Below, one piece after another: positions 1 to 9,720 of a stretch of 64,000 bases of DNA (positions within the stretch are counted from its first letter, which is position 1; every line of letters begins with the position of its first letter). Made by a program: the position numbers and the translations under genes. The DNA comes from Candidatus Hydrogenedentota bacterium (GTDB lineage Bacteria; Hydrogenedentota; Hydrogenedentia; Hydrogenedentales; JAEUWI01): NCBI GenBank assembly GCA_019637335.1, contig JAHBVV010000006.1, positions 6,235 through 70,234 of the forward strand. Direction: 5' to 3'. The notes beneath the pieces were generated by a model. That model did no database searches. It saw only the letters and a list, made by a program, of their open reading frames with translations, and was not told where the DNA came from.

Positions 1-2
1 GG

Positions 3-1586
3 CTGGGCGCAAAGGATCAGGGCGACTGGGCGCGCTACGCGAGACTTGCGCGGCTTGCGGGCGTTCGCTGGGTGCGGGATCGCATCCACTGGCGCGAAAT
101 CCAACCGGAGGATGGCCCCTTTCTGGACCACACGAAGTATGATGACAGCGCCGTCATCCAATCAGCCGAGGATCTTCGGATTCTGCAAGTCTTCCACACG
201 CGTCCGCAGTGGGCGCTGCTGCCCGGAACAGATCCACATCGCCCGCAACTCGACCTGGCGAAGCTATACCGCTTCTGCCAGGGACTGGCCGAGCGCTTCC
301 AGGGCCGGGTACAGGCCTGGGAGCCGTGGAACGAGGGAAACGCGGCCAATTTCGGCGGCCTCACGATGGACGAGTTGTGCAGCCTCCAGAAAGCGGCCTG
401 GCTCGGCTTCAAGGCCGGCGACCCCGATGTTACTGTCTGCTGGAATCCCCTCGGCGGCGTGAACATAAAGAGTCAGACCGAGGTGATCCTCCGCAACGAA
501 ACCTGGCCCTACTACGACATCTACAGCATTCATTCCTATGACTGGCCGGAATCCTTCGAGGACCTCTGGATCCACGCGCGCGACGCGGCGAGCGGGCGGC
601 CCATCTGGGTTACCGAGGCGGATCGTGGCATGACCGCGGACCCCGATTCGCCGATCGCAGACTTCACGCCCGAAAACGACCGCCGCAAGGCCGAATTCAT
701 CGCGCAATCATATGTGCGCAGCCTCTACAACGGCGCCGCGCGCCATTTCCACTTTATCCTCGGCCCCTACACGGAGGGCGATGGCCGCACGCAATTCGGG
801 CTGCTCCGCGAAGATCTTACGCCGCGGCCGTCCTACGTGGCGCTGGCGGCCCTGGGACGACTACTTGCGGGCGCGACTTGTCTCGGGCGCTATGTCGTGC
901 CGGGCGATCCGAATGTGCACCTCTACGCGTTTCGAGCGAAACCCGGAGGCGAAGCGCGTGATGTCCTCGTCGCCTGGGCGGAGCGCCCCGGGGACTGGCC
1001 GGAACGCGGCAAGACGCGCGCGCCCTGGCCCATCGTCGATCCGCTCCGCGTAGAGGCCGCGTATGACTATCTGGGCCGTCCGCTTGAGGCGAAACCACCC
1101 TCCGAACTCAGCCCGGTCGCAATGTTTCTTGTGCTCCCAGAAGGGGAATCGCATAAGCTCGCGTTGAGCGAAACACCCCGGACAAATCTGCGCGAGGGCG
1201 GCGCCAGCCCAATCGTGCTCCAGTTCAGCGCGCCCGATCATCCGCCCGTCCAGCGCATGATCGGCTGGAGTCCCGAGGCAGCCTACGAATTCGCGCCCTC
1301 AACGACCGTGGACGCAACGATTACCGCCTACAACCTCGGCGACCAGCCGGCTGCCGGTACCGTACAATTGAATAACGCGCCGCCGGGCTGGGAGGCGGCC
1401 CCACTAGCGTGGGACGTGCAGCTTGATCCGGGACAATCAACATCGCTACCGCTCCGAATCACCCTCCCGCCGGATCCGTCCGCGGCCGGGGGCTGGCTGG
1501 ACTTCCACGGGGACTTCGGCAACAGCGGGAAACCAAAACTCGCCGTGTGGAATCGAACGCCGCCGAAAAAAGACGCCGGACAATAG
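3..1586 (+). CDS. Glycoside hydrolase, clan GH-A-like TIM barrel, 5'-partial (runs off window start)
   Basis: The frame stays open from nt 3, upstream of the track's GTG at 72 (LGAKDQGDWARYARLARLAGVRWVRDRIHW...). It has WEPWNEGN (acid/base-type NE) and PIWVTEAD (nucleophile-type TE) motifs and a C-terminal beta-sandwich-like tail. Composition is normal, unlike the Arg/Gly-rich overlapping frames. Confidence 0.7.
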   Translation: MGAKDQGDWARYARLARLAGVRWVRDRIHWREIQPEDGPFLDHTKYDDSAVIQSAEDLRILQVFHTRPQWALLPGTDPHRPQLDLAKLYRFCQGLAERFQGRVQAWEPWNEGNAANFGGLTMDELCSLQKAAWLGFKAGDPDVTVCWNPLGGVNIKSQTEVILRNETWPYYDIYSIHSYDWPESFEDLWIHARDAASGRPIWVTEADRGMTADPDSPIADFTPENDRRKAEFIAQSYVRSLYNGAARHFHFILGPYTEGDGRTQFGLLREDLTPRPSYVALAALGRLLAGATCLGRYVVPGDPNVHLYAFRAKPGGEARDVLVAWAERPGDWPERGKTRAPWPIVDPLRVEAAYDYLGRPLEAKPPSELSPVAMFLVLPEGESHKLALSETPRTNLREGGASPIVLQFSAPDHPPVQRMIGWSPEAAYEFAPSTTVDATITAYNLGDQPAAGTVQLNNAPPGWEAAPLAWDVQLDPGQSTSLPLRITLPPDPSAAGGWLDFHGDFGNSGKPKLAVWNRTPPKKDAGQ

Positions 1587-1627
1587 CCGATAGCTATCGC
1601 CCGGCGTCCTGGTGGTGGAAACGCCAA

Positions 1628-2983
1628 TCACACGGTCTCGGGAATCACCCACGGCTCGCGATAGTTCGCCCGCAGGAGCTTGTTCGCGTCGTCGTTGTCG
1701 ATGAAACGCTCGTTCGCCGCGTCCCAGTTCAGCTTCTGGTTGCCCAGGCGGTTGGAGAGGTTCGCCAGGTGGCACAGGTTCATTGAAAGATGGCTGTCGG
1801 CCACATCGGCGTTCGGCGCCTTCCGTTCGCGGATGCACTGGAAGAAGTGGGCGAAGTGCACCGGGGTCATTTCATCCCACTTATACTGGGAGATGTCCGA
1901 GGCCACCGGCTTGGAGGCGTGCGCCTTCGCGTCGCCCTCATACACTTCCCAGCCGCCGCCGTGGCGTCCGAAGAACATGATCCCTTCGGTGCCCAGAACT
2001 TCGATCTTCGTCGCGCTGAACTGCCAGTCGGGAAACTTGGTTTTGTCGGGAAGCGAGACGATGCGGTGGTTGTAGGGGCACCAGAACCCGCCCTCGATCA
2101 TCATCGTGGCCTTGTCAAATTCCAGCGTAGTGAATTGGGTGTCCGGCTGCTCGCGGCCATCGTTGAAGCGGTAGACGCCGCCCGCGCTGAAGACGCTGTT
2201 CGGCGCCTTCTTGCCAATAAGCAGCCGCGCAAGGTCCACCTGGTGGATCAGGTCGCCCGTAAGCTCGCCGTTGTAGAAATCCCAGTAGTTCTGGAACCAG
2301 CGCCCCGGGCGATACGGCAGCATCGGCGACGGGCCGCACCACAGGTCGTAATCCAGCCCCTCGGGAACCGGCTGCTCCGGCGCGGGCATGTTCGGGCCCC
2401 CCGCCTGCATCAGGTAGACCCGCGCAAGCATGATATCGCCCAGTTTCCCGCTGTTGATGTAGTCGAGGGCCGTATGAAGATACGGGCCGCTGCGGGTCTG
2501 CATGCCCACCTGGATCAACCGCTCATACTTCCGGCCCGCCGCGATCATCTGCTGGCCGTCCCAGATGCTCATGGAGTGCGGCTTCTCCACATAGACGTCT
2601 TTGCCGGCCTGGCACGCCATGATCGTCGCCAGCGCGTGCCACCGGTCCGATGTCGCCACCACGATCGCGTCCACTTCCGGATCGTCGAGCATTTTCCGGA
2701 AGTCCTGCACGAATTCGGGACGGTAGTCGTGCCCTTCAATCACAATCTCCGCCGCCGCGCCCGCCGTCCGCGTGTCCGCATCGCAGATATACTTGATGTG
2801 GACATCGTCCAGCTTCACCAGGCTCGTCAGCAGGGACCGGCCCCGCCCGCCGAGGCCCATCACGCCGGCGATCACCTTCTCACTCGCCTGCGCGCCCGCG
2901 CCCGCGTGCAGCGCCGCGATGCCGGCCGCGGCGCCCAGCGATCCCTTCAGAAAACTCCTGCGCTTCATCATACTCATTGTCAT
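1628..2983 (-). CDS. Gfo/Idh/MocA family oxidoreductase with twin-arginine (TAT) signal
   Basis: The N-terminus MKRRSFLKGSLGAAAGIAALHAGAGAQA is a TAT motif. The Rossmann start VIAGVMGLGGRGRS is followed by a conserved EKP motif (YVEKPHS). It is a paralog of 4434-5759 and 53794-55125. Confidence 0.85.
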   Translation of the reverse strand: MTMSMMKRRSFLKGSLGAAAGIAALHAGAGAQASEKVIAGVMGLGGRGRSLLTSLVKLDDVHIKYICDADTRTAGAAAEIVIEGHDYRPEFVQDFRKMLDDPEVDAIVVATSDRWHALATIMACQAGKDVYVEKPHSMSIWDGQQMIAAGRKYERLIQVGMQTRSGPYLHTALDYINSGKLGDIMLARVYLMQAGGPNMPAPEQPVPEGLDYDLWCGPSPMLPYRPGRWFQNYWDFYNGELTGDLIHQVDLARLLIGKKAPNSVFSAGGVYRFNDGREQPDTQFTTLEFDKATMMIEGGFWCPYNHRIVSLPDKTKFPDWQFSATKIEVLGTEGIMFFGRHGGGWEVYEGDAKAHASKPVASDISQYKWDEMTPVHFAHFFQCIRERKAPNADVADSHLSMNLCHLANLSNRLGNQKLNWDAANERFIDNDDANKLLRANYREPWVIPETV

Positions 2984-3014
2984 ACCTCCTTTAAGACGGC
3001 CCTCCGGCGCCGCG

Positions 3015-4148
3015 TCAGCGGGCGGGGGGCGCGTACAAACCTCGCATTCCCATGGTGGGGCCTTCCTTCATCGGCAGCAGGGTCGCCCCCGAAACCGCGT
3101 CGCAGCCCTCCGGCATATCCAGCCACGATCCGCCGCGCACCACCCGGTAGCCGTCGAGCCCCGCGTGGTACGGCGTCGTGTACCAATCGAGCGTCCACTC
3201 ATTCACGTTCCCCGCCATGTCCCGCGCGCCGTAAGGGCTGCTGTACTCCGCGAAACTGCCCACCGGCGCCAGACTCGCAAAGCCATCGTCGGCGCCGTCG
3301 TGGTTGCACCGGAAAACCCCATCCGCATTCGGCGCCTCGTCGCCCCAGGGGAACGCGCGCTCGGGATTCGGGTTCGGTATCGCCTTCGTGTCGTCGCCAT
3401 CCAGATAGTGCCCGCCACGGTACGCCTTCTCCCATTCGGCCTCGGTGGGGAGACGCAGCCCGCTCCACCGCAAAAACGACAGCGCGTCATACCACGACAC
3501 ATAGCTGACGGGATAGTCTTCTCTGCCGGGCAGCACCGTGTATGCGCCGTCTTCATCACGGAGGAGGCCGGAGCGTTCCTCGTTGGCCATCCGCTCGTGG
3601 TAGCCCACGCCATCCGCACGCTCGTTCAGGTAGTCTGCGTACATGGATACGGTCGTTTCATCGCGCGCAATGTAGTATTCCGGAAGATCGGAGGACGGCG
3701 CGGAGCGGCCGGATTGATCGCGCCCGGCGCCGGGCAGACTCTTCAGGCTGAAGGTCCCCCCCGGCACGCGCACCAGCCGCAATGCGCGGACGCGCACCTC
3801 CACCGTGCCTGGATCGAGGGTGTCCGTCTGGTCGGCGCCCCACCAGATCACCTGCTTCCGCCCACCCGTAGCGACGACGCCCGCGCCGATCCCCTCCAGG
3901 CGCTCCGCATTGAGCAGCCGCCACGCTTTCCCTTCCGCGGCGCGCGCCCGGAGAAAGACCCACGCAGGCGCGCTTTCGCTGAGGTCTTCCACATCGAGAT
4001 CGTACTCGATGATAACTTTCGGTCCCCCGAGTTCCGTGGGTTCGCTCCAAGTCCGGACATTGCTGACCGGCAGCCACGATGCGAACGCCCCCGAACAAAA
4101 GCCCATCGCCATCGCCAACACAAGCCCCGTTCCCAATATCCGAACCAT
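3015..4148 (-). CDS. Formylglycine-generating-enzyme (SUMF1/FGE-sulfatase) domain protein, secreted
   Basis: It has a signal peptide (MVRILGTGLVLAMAMGFCSGAFA) and a GGAGGG RBS 5' of the ATG. The C-terminal half carries FGE-domain hallmarks (YYIARDETTVSMYADYLNE, PVSYVSWYDALSFLRW, RVVRGGSWLD). Confidence 0.8.
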   Translation of the reverse strand: MVRILGTGLVLAMAMGFCSGAFASWLPVSNVRTWSEPTELGGPKVIIEYDLDVEDLSESAPAWVFLRARAAEGKAWRLLNAERLEGIGAGVVATGGRKQVIWWGADQTDTLDPGTVEVRVRALRLVRVPGGTFSLKSLPGAGRDQSGRSAPSSDLPEYYIARDETTVSMYADYLNERADGVGYHERMANEERSGLLRDEDGAYTVLPGREDYPVSYVSWYDALSFLRWSGLRLPTEAEWEKAYRGGHYLDGDDTKAIPNPNPERAFPWGDEAPNADGVFRCNHDGADDGFASLAPVGSFAEYSSPYGARDMAGNVNEWTLDWYTTPYHAGLDGYRVVRGGSWLDMPEGCDAVSGATLLPMKEGPTMGMRGLYAPPAR

Positions 4149-4433
4149 GCCAAGCCCTCCGTGGATCCCCAGCCGCCCCCGGGGATCCCCCGGAGACTAA
4201 CACCAGTGTGCGCCTGCCGGAGGGCAAATTCAAGTGCGCTCGCGGGCATTTCCGCCACGGCGGACCTTCGGCCTGTCCGCGGCAACGTGAACCCACCTCT
4301 AAAAATTCACCTTCCCTCCCCACCAGAACCACCTTGAAAAGAAAGTGGCACAGGTCCATGACGCGCCGGAGGCGGGCCTCCCGCCCGTGTTCAGCGGCGC
4401 CGGGTTGTGGCGAACAGGAAGGCAGTCTCCGCG

Positions 4434-5759
4434 CTACACCACCTCCGGGACGGCCCAGGGTTCGCGGTAGGTGCGCTTGACGTACTGGTTTCCGGCGTCT
4501 TCGTTGAAAACTTCGGTTTCCGGATTGATGGTCAGGGTCTGTCCGCTTCGGTAGGCGGCGTTGCCGTACATGCAGAGCAGGGTGGACTTGTGCAGAATTT
4601 CGATATCCGCGGTCGGTCGCTGGCGCGACCGGATGCAATCGATGAAGTTTGCGATGTGTGCGGTGTTGGAGGCGCTGAAGCGGCCGTGATGGATCTTCGC
4701 GGAGTTGCCGTCGGCATCAAAACACTGCCACCCGCCGCCGTGGCGGCTGAAATACATCATCTGCTTCGTGCCGTAGATTTCGATGCGCGTTCCGGAGAAG
4801 GGCCACGTGGGCAAGGTGTCCGTATCGCGCACGCTGAGGGCGGTTTTCTGCATATAGGGGGCCCAGTTGCACTGCTCGAAGACCATGGTCAGCCCGTCGT
4901 AGTTCCAGATGACGCTGTGGGTGTCGGGGGCCTCCTGGGCGTCGTCGAAGTGGAACAGGCCGCCGGCGGATGAGACGGACCGCGGGTAGTCGCGATCGAT
5001 CATCCAGCGGGCGACGTCAATCTGGTGTACGCCGTCGTTGATGATATCGCCGCCGGAGTATTCCCAGAGCCAGTGCCAGTGATAATGGAAGTGGGCCTTG
5101 TTGAAGGGGCGCATGGGCGCGGGCCCGAGCCACATGTCGTAGTCGACGCCTTCCGGGACTTCACTGTCCTCCGGGCGGCCGATACTGCCGCGCTGTTTGC
5201 TGTTGAGGACGCGCACGAAGTGGACATCGCCGAACTCGGCGGAGCGAATGTATTCGAAGGCGGCGTAGGCGTATTCGTTGCTGCGGTTTTGGGCGCCGAC
5301 CTGGACCACGCGATCGTACTTGCGGGCGGCCTCGATCATCTTCTGGCTCTCCCAGATGCTATGGGCCGTGGGCTTCTCGATGTACATGTCCTTGCCGGCC
5401 TGGCACGCGAGGACGGTGGCCAGGGCGTGCCAGTGGTCGGGCAGGGCGCCCACGATGCCATCCACTTCCGGGTCGTCGAGCATGTGCCGGAAGTCCTGCG
5501 AGGTTTTCGCGGACTTTCCGGTGATTTCCTCCAGCTTCTTGGCGGCCCCGGCGAGGCGGTTGGCGTCGCAGTCGGTCAGCCACCGAACTTCGACATCGTC
5601 GCGCCGGGCGAACTCCTCCAGAAGAAACTGGCCGCGGCCGCCGCAGCCCATGAAGCCGATGATGACGCGTTCGTTGGCGCCGGTGGCGTTTACGGAAACA
5701 CCCGCGCCAGCGACGGTGGTGGCCACGCCCAGATGCTTGAGGAAGTTTCGGCGGTTCAT
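4434..5759 (-). CDS. Gfo/Idh/MocA family oxidoreductase with TAT signal
   Basis: The track ORF extends to 6059, but that extension overlaps the upstream gene and is Pro/Ser/Thr/Arg-rich. The internal ATG at 5759 is preceded by GGAGGA and gives MNRRNFLKHLGVATTVAGAGVSVNA (TAT), then VIIGFMGCGGRGQ and IEKP. Confidence 0.85.
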   Translation of the reverse strand: MNRRNFLKHLGVATTVAGAGVSVNATGANERVIIGFMGCGGRGQFLLEEFARRDDVEVRWLTDCDANRLAGAAKKLEEITGKSAKTSQDFRHMLDDPEVDGIVGALPDHWHALATVLACQAGKDMYIEKPTAHSIWESQKMIEAARKYDRVVQVGAQNRSNEYAYAAFEYIRSAEFGDVHFVRVLNSKQRGSIGRPEDSEVPEGVDYDMWLGPAPMRPFNKAHFHYHWHWLWEYSGGDIINDGVHQIDVARWMIDRDYPRSVSSAGGLFHFDDAQEAPDTHSVIWNYDGLTMVFEQCNWAPYMQKTALSVRDTDTLPTWPFSGTRIEIYGTKQMMYFSRHGGGWQCFDADGNSAKIHHGRFSASNTAHIANFIDCIRSRQRPTADIEILHKSTLLCMYGNAAYRSGQTLTINPETEVFNEDAGNQYVKRTYREPWAVPEVV

Positions 5760-5790
5760 GAGGGTTCCTCCACGGGGGTTGTACGCGGCG

Positions 5791-8700
5791 CTAACGGGAC
5801 AGGGGGCGCATCTCAAAGGGCGCAAACAGCCCGTAGGCCAGGGATTCGTATTCCGATCCGGGTGGTGGTCCGGTATCGGGGGCGGTGCGGAAGTGGCCGG
5901 GGCCCGCGAGTCCCGGGGCGTGGTTGCCGTGGTTTGGCCCCATGCTGTTGCGCGGGGTTCCGATGACACGGACGGTGACGCGATTGGCGCCGGGTTGCAT
6001 CTTGCCCGCAAGATCGAGCCGCCACGGCTGCCGCCAGATGTAGCCGGCGTGCTGGTCATTCACGCGAACTTCGGCGACGCTTCCGTACCAGTTGGGCAGG
6101 GAGACGCGGTAGGCGTCGGCCGGCGTTTCGAGTGTGTAGGTCTGGGTGTATTCGACCGCGCAGCCGAGGAAGGGCATGCCCTGCTGGTTCCAGGGGGCGA
6201 GGCTCAGGGGTTTCGCGGCCGCGATCTGGAAGCCGGCATCCGCGGCTTCGAGCGCGAAGTTGCCGATAATATAGATTGCGGCGATCTCGTGGAACATCGT
6301 GAAGGGGCGAGCCACCAGTGTCAGCGTGTTTTCGCCTTCCCGGACGGCCTGGCTGATATCCAGAATGCCGAAGGACCGGTCGAACCACCAGAGCCCGGGC
6401 GTGGCGGCGACGGGCTGGCCGTTGCAGGTGATCGTGAAGAGGTCCGGCCGCTCCACCACGGCGCTGAGGGATTCAACCGGCGCGCCCTGAACGGTGAAGC
6501 GGTAGGTCGCGGTGAAACCGCTTTCCTCGGGGAAGGTCTGGCTGACCAGGTTGTCCTTGAATTGTACGGCGTGATCCCAGGGGTTGTGATCCAGGCCGTG
6601 CTTCTGGAAGGCGAACTCCGCGGCGCGGTGGTAGTAGACCTTCTCCAGGGTCTCGCCGCCCGCCGTGACGTCGAGGAAATCGAGGACCAGCACGTTGGGA
6701 ACGTCCCGGTGGACTTCCGTGGGACCGGACGGCGCGATGGGTTCGCCCGGCGCCGGTTCAGGGTCGGGATCAATCGCCGGGGCGCCATCGCGCCACTCCA
6801 GCAGGAGGCTGCCGGCGGGCGGCAGCTCGAAGGGGATCTCCCCCACGCCGCTGGCGTGCGGGGTGATCGCGCCGGTCTCCGGATCCCAGCGGTACACGGG
6901 CTTGCCGGTGTGGGCGATCCGGCCGCGCGACGGATGCGTGAGGCTGGTGTTCACCAGGAAGAGCAACTCGCCGTCGTCGAAGCGGCGGCGGTGGTGGTAG
7001 AGGATGCCCTCGTCATTGGCCTCGCGGTGGACGGCCATACCGGTCGCGGCGGTGCGAACTTGAAGGGCCTCGCGAAGCGCATCCGGCGCTGCGAACTGCC
7101 AGGATGCCTCGTTGGCGAGTTTCTGGCCCCAGTTCATGGGGGCGCCGTCGGCCCGGGTCGTGTTGGGATCCATACAGGCGTACACGAGGCCTCCCTGCCG
7201 GACATACTCCGAAAGGAGCGCCACGGTGGGGCTGTTGAGGTTCTCCAGGAGCGGCGGCAGCACGACGGCGGAATAGGAACGTTCACCCACGACGAAACGC
7301 CCGCCCTCGATCTTGCCGTGATCCTCGATGATGTCTTCCGAGCCGATGTCGAACTCCACCTGGGCCTGCGCCAGATCCACCACGAGCGCCTGAAACGCGT
7401 CACCCAGGGCCTTGCGCGGGTCCGCGGGTTCGCCCTGGTACATCCAGGCGGTGGTGGTGGGTTGGATGATCAGAATCTCATTGACCTGCCGCCCGCTCGA
7501 CAGCGCCGCCGAGAGGCGCGTGAAGTAGGCCGCCGGGACGTGGTACGCCTCCCACCAGGGGCTGTGGTAGGAGAAGGATGGCGGGTAATCCGCCTTCCGC
7601 GCGCCGCGCATGGAGATCCGCGACAGGTGCTCGTTCATGGTGTTGACGCCGAGGACGTAGAGCCAGTCGCCGATACGCTTCATGTCTTCGAGGCGGGTTT
7701 CCCAGCCCGCGCCGCCATAGGCCTCGCAGAGGGTTCGTTTCCTGCCGAGCTGGTTCGCCACGCTGGCGAGCTCGATCACCGCCCGGGTGTTTCCAAACTG
7801 GGCGCGCACATCCTCGCTGTACTGGTTGAAGAGCGTGTCGATGGCCGGGCGCTGGTGCCATGCGTACATGGCCATGTTGTCCGGCACGGTGGTGCAATTG
7901 GGCCACTCGTGTTCCCAGTAGTGGCCGGTAAAATCGAGCCCCCTGGCCTCGCAGTATTCGAACACGGGCCGGGCCCAGCGCTCGACGAAGAGGTCGTTCA
8001 GCGTGTGGTAGTAGTTGTGGCGGACGCGCTTCCAGTCGCCGACAGGCTGCGAAAGGCTGGCCAGGTGTTCGCGCAGGTCGTAGCCCCAGCGCCGCTGGAA
8101 GACCTCGGGGAGATCGGGCGTCCAGTGGAACTGGCCGGCGGGGCGGAGGTGCGGCTCGTCCGTGAAGACGCCGGGGAGGCGCTTGCCAAAGTGCTGGCCG
8201 AGCTCGCGCTCGTAGGCGCCCATGGTGATTTCGAGGAACTTCTCGGTGACGCCGGGGCGCAGGAGATCGACGTACCACCAGCCGCCGTACCAGGGCGATT
8301 CCTTCGCCAGCTCAATGCGGACGGTGGTATAGGCGCCTTCGGGCAGCGACGCGCCGTTCTTGACCTGATCCGTGACGCGGACGCACGCGTCGCCGGCGGT
8401 GTCGTGGACGTCAAGGATATCGTCGGACCAGGCGGGCGGCGAAGACGCCGACTCCATGCGCAGGCCCTGCCCGCGCGATTCGGGCATGGCCTCGGGCACG
8501 TAACCGCCCGCGAACCCCGATGGATAGGAGTTCTCGTCGTAGATCCAGATATTCATATCCAGTTCTTCGGCGGTTTCGAGGGACTTTTTCCAGAGCCGGA
8601 ACCAGTCGTCCGAGAGGTAGGTGGTCATGAGGCCGGGCCGCGGGTGCACGAAGGCCTGTTTGACCTTCTGGGTCGCCAGATCGTGGAGCGTGGCGACGAT

Positions 8701-8865
8701 CTGTTCCTCGGTGAGGTCGTCGTTCCAGACCCAGAGCGGGCCGGAGGCGAACTCGCGCGGCGGGTCCGCGAATTGCTCGCGCGGGCGGTCGAGGCTTTCG
8801 GCCATGGCGAGTCCGGTTCCGAGGGTGGACAGCGAGAGCATAATGGATACCGTGCGTCGATGCAT
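5791..8865 (-). CDS. Large secreted glycoside hydrolase, GH106-like / 'glycosylhydrolase-like jelly-roll' family (family assignment tentative)
   Basis: This 1024-aa protein has a signal peptide. The N-terminal pattern PREFASGPLWVWNDDLTEEQI...FVHPRPGLMTTYLSDDWF...NIWIYDENSYPSGFAGG is characteristic of this hydrolase family as I remember it. A C-terminal sugar-binding-type jelly roll follows. The opposite-strand 1262-aa ORF is Arg/Gly/Ala/Val-rich. Confidence 0.75.
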   Translation of the reverse strand: MHRRTVSIMLSLSTLGTGLAMAESLDRPREQFADPPREFASGPLWVWNDDLTEEQIVATLHDLATQKVKQAFVHPRPGLMTTYLSDDWFRLWKKSLETAEELDMNIWIYDENSYPSGFAGGYVPEAMPESRGQGLRMESASSPPAWSDDILDVHDTAGDACVRVTDQVKNGASLPEGAYTTVRIELAKESPWYGGWWYVDLLRPGVTEKFLEITMGAYERELGQHFGKRLPGVFTDEPHLRPAGQFHWTPDLPEVFQRRWGYDLREHLASLSQPVGDWKRVRHNYYHTLNDLFVERWARPVFEYCEARGLDFTGHYWEHEWPNCTTVPDNMAMYAWHQRPAIDTLFNQYSEDVRAQFGNTRAVIELASVANQLGRKRTLCEAYGGAGWETRLEDMKRIGDWLYVLGVNTMNEHLSRISMRGARKADYPPSFSYHSPWWEAYHVPAAYFTRLSAALSSGRQVNEILIIQPTTTAWMYQGEPADPRKALGDAFQALVVDLAQAQVEFDIGSEDIIEDHGKIEGGRFVVGERSYSAVVLPPLLENLNSPTVALLSEYVRQGGLVYACMDPNTTRADGAPMNWGQKLANEASWQFAAPDALREALQVRTAATGMAVHREANDEGILYHHRRRFDDGELLFLVNTSLTHPSRGRIAHTGKPVYRWDPETGAITPHASGVGEIPFELPPAGSLLLEWRDGAPAIDPDPEPAPGEPIAPSGPTEVHRDVPNVLVLDFLDVTAGGETLEKVYYHRAAEFAFQKHGLDHNPWDHAVQFKDNLVSQTFPEESGFTATYRFTVQGAPVESLSAVVERPDLFTITCNGQPVAATPGLWWFDRSFGILDISQAVREGENTLTLVARPFTMFHEIAAIYIIGNFALEAADAGFQIAAAKPLSLAPWNQQGMPFLGCAVEYTQTYTLETPADAYRVSLPNWYGSVAEVRVNDQHAGYIWRQPWRLDLAGKMQPGANRVTVRVIGTPRNSMGPNHGNHAPGLAGPGHFRTAPDTGPPPGSEYESLAYGLFAPFEMRPLSR

Positions 8866-9058
8866 CGTGGCATCCCCCTTCTAGCGAACAATCCCCCGAC
8901 TGTTCGCAGGGCTCATTGTAGCACGGCGGACGGATTTCGCCAAGCGGGGCGTGAGGGCGGCGGGCGTGGGGCTGAAGCGGGCGGATGGTGTAGAATCGAA
9001 CGTGGCGGGTGGATTTTCTGGTGGAGGTGGCCGTTGAACGTCCATTGGAGTCCGACTG

Positions 9059-9283
9059 ATGCGTGATTACCACATCAATATATTCTACTCGGAGGAGGAC
9101 GGGGGCTACATCGCCGATCTTCCCGACCTGGAATGCTGTTCAGCGTTCGGCGCAACGGCGGAGGAGGCGTTGCGCGAGGTGCAACGTGCAAAGTCGCTGT
9201 GGCTGGATGCGGCGCGGGCGGAAGGAAAGCCGATTCCCGCGCCTTCGTATCGGCCTGTGATTTATCAGTCTGTTGGGGGGTAG
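9059..9283 (+). CDS. hicB: HicB-like antitoxin (UPF0150 fold), no hicA partner seen
   Basis: The 74-aa sequence YHINIFYSEEDGGYIADLPDLECCSAFGATAEEALREVQRAKSLWLDAARAEGKPIP matches the HicB N-terminal domain pattern. Confidence 0.65.
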   Translation: MRDYHINIFYSEEDGGYIADLPDLECCSAFGATAEEALREVQRAKSLWLDAARAEGKPIPAPSYRPVIYQSVGG

Positions 9284-9720
9284 GCCAATCTTGGGGGCAC
9301 AGGGGCTGATGGCGCGCTGCGCCACCGATAAAGGATGAAACACGGCCGCTGACTGTTGGCGCAATTCTGCAGTCACGCACGCTCAAGCCTTCGCGGCGGA
9401 GCCGCGGAGCTTGAACGTCGGAGATCCGCCGCAGGAGGATGGCGCCCGTGGCTTGCTTTGAAATCTCGGAGCAGCCGCTTATGACGCGTTGCGTCACCCG
9501 CTAAGGATGAAAATGGACGGCGGCTTCGCCGCCTGGCAGGCGGGGACGCCTGCGCTCCCAGCCTTTGCCGCTTCATTGTTTGAGAAACTGTAATCTGGTT
9601 TGTATGAGGCAGTTGTGGTGATGCTGAGGCGCTTTTTTTCGGAGCAGGCGCCCGCGATTCCGGGGTGATCGCGGCGCTTGCGCGGCCGGGGTGGGTCCTG
9701 TCGCGGTTGTCAGTCCCCCC

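Noticed and set aside
5760-6059. 100-aa N-terminal extension of the 4434-6059 track ORF
   Set aside because: It overlaps the 3' end of the upstream hydrolase and is Pro/Ser/Thr/Arg-rich. The internal ATG has a GGAGGA RBS and starts a clean TAT signal. Similar trimming was applied to the ORFs at 9721, 10521, 14190, 16847, 21203, 21595, 22544, 24785, 27431, 30360, 32301, 36853, 41061, 42800, 43343, 48677, 51264, 52912 and 53794.
8866-9058. Possible hicA toxin gene upstream of hicB
   Set aside because: No ORF with HicA-like sequence or plausible composition occurs in any frame.
5278-9066. 1262-aa ORF on the + strand, the longest in the track
   Set aside because: It is an antisense shadow of the 5791-8865 hydrolase and the 4434-5759 oxidoreductase. 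It is extremely Arg/Gly/Ala/Val-rich with no recognisable motifs. The minus-strand products have signal peptides, RBSs and family motifs.
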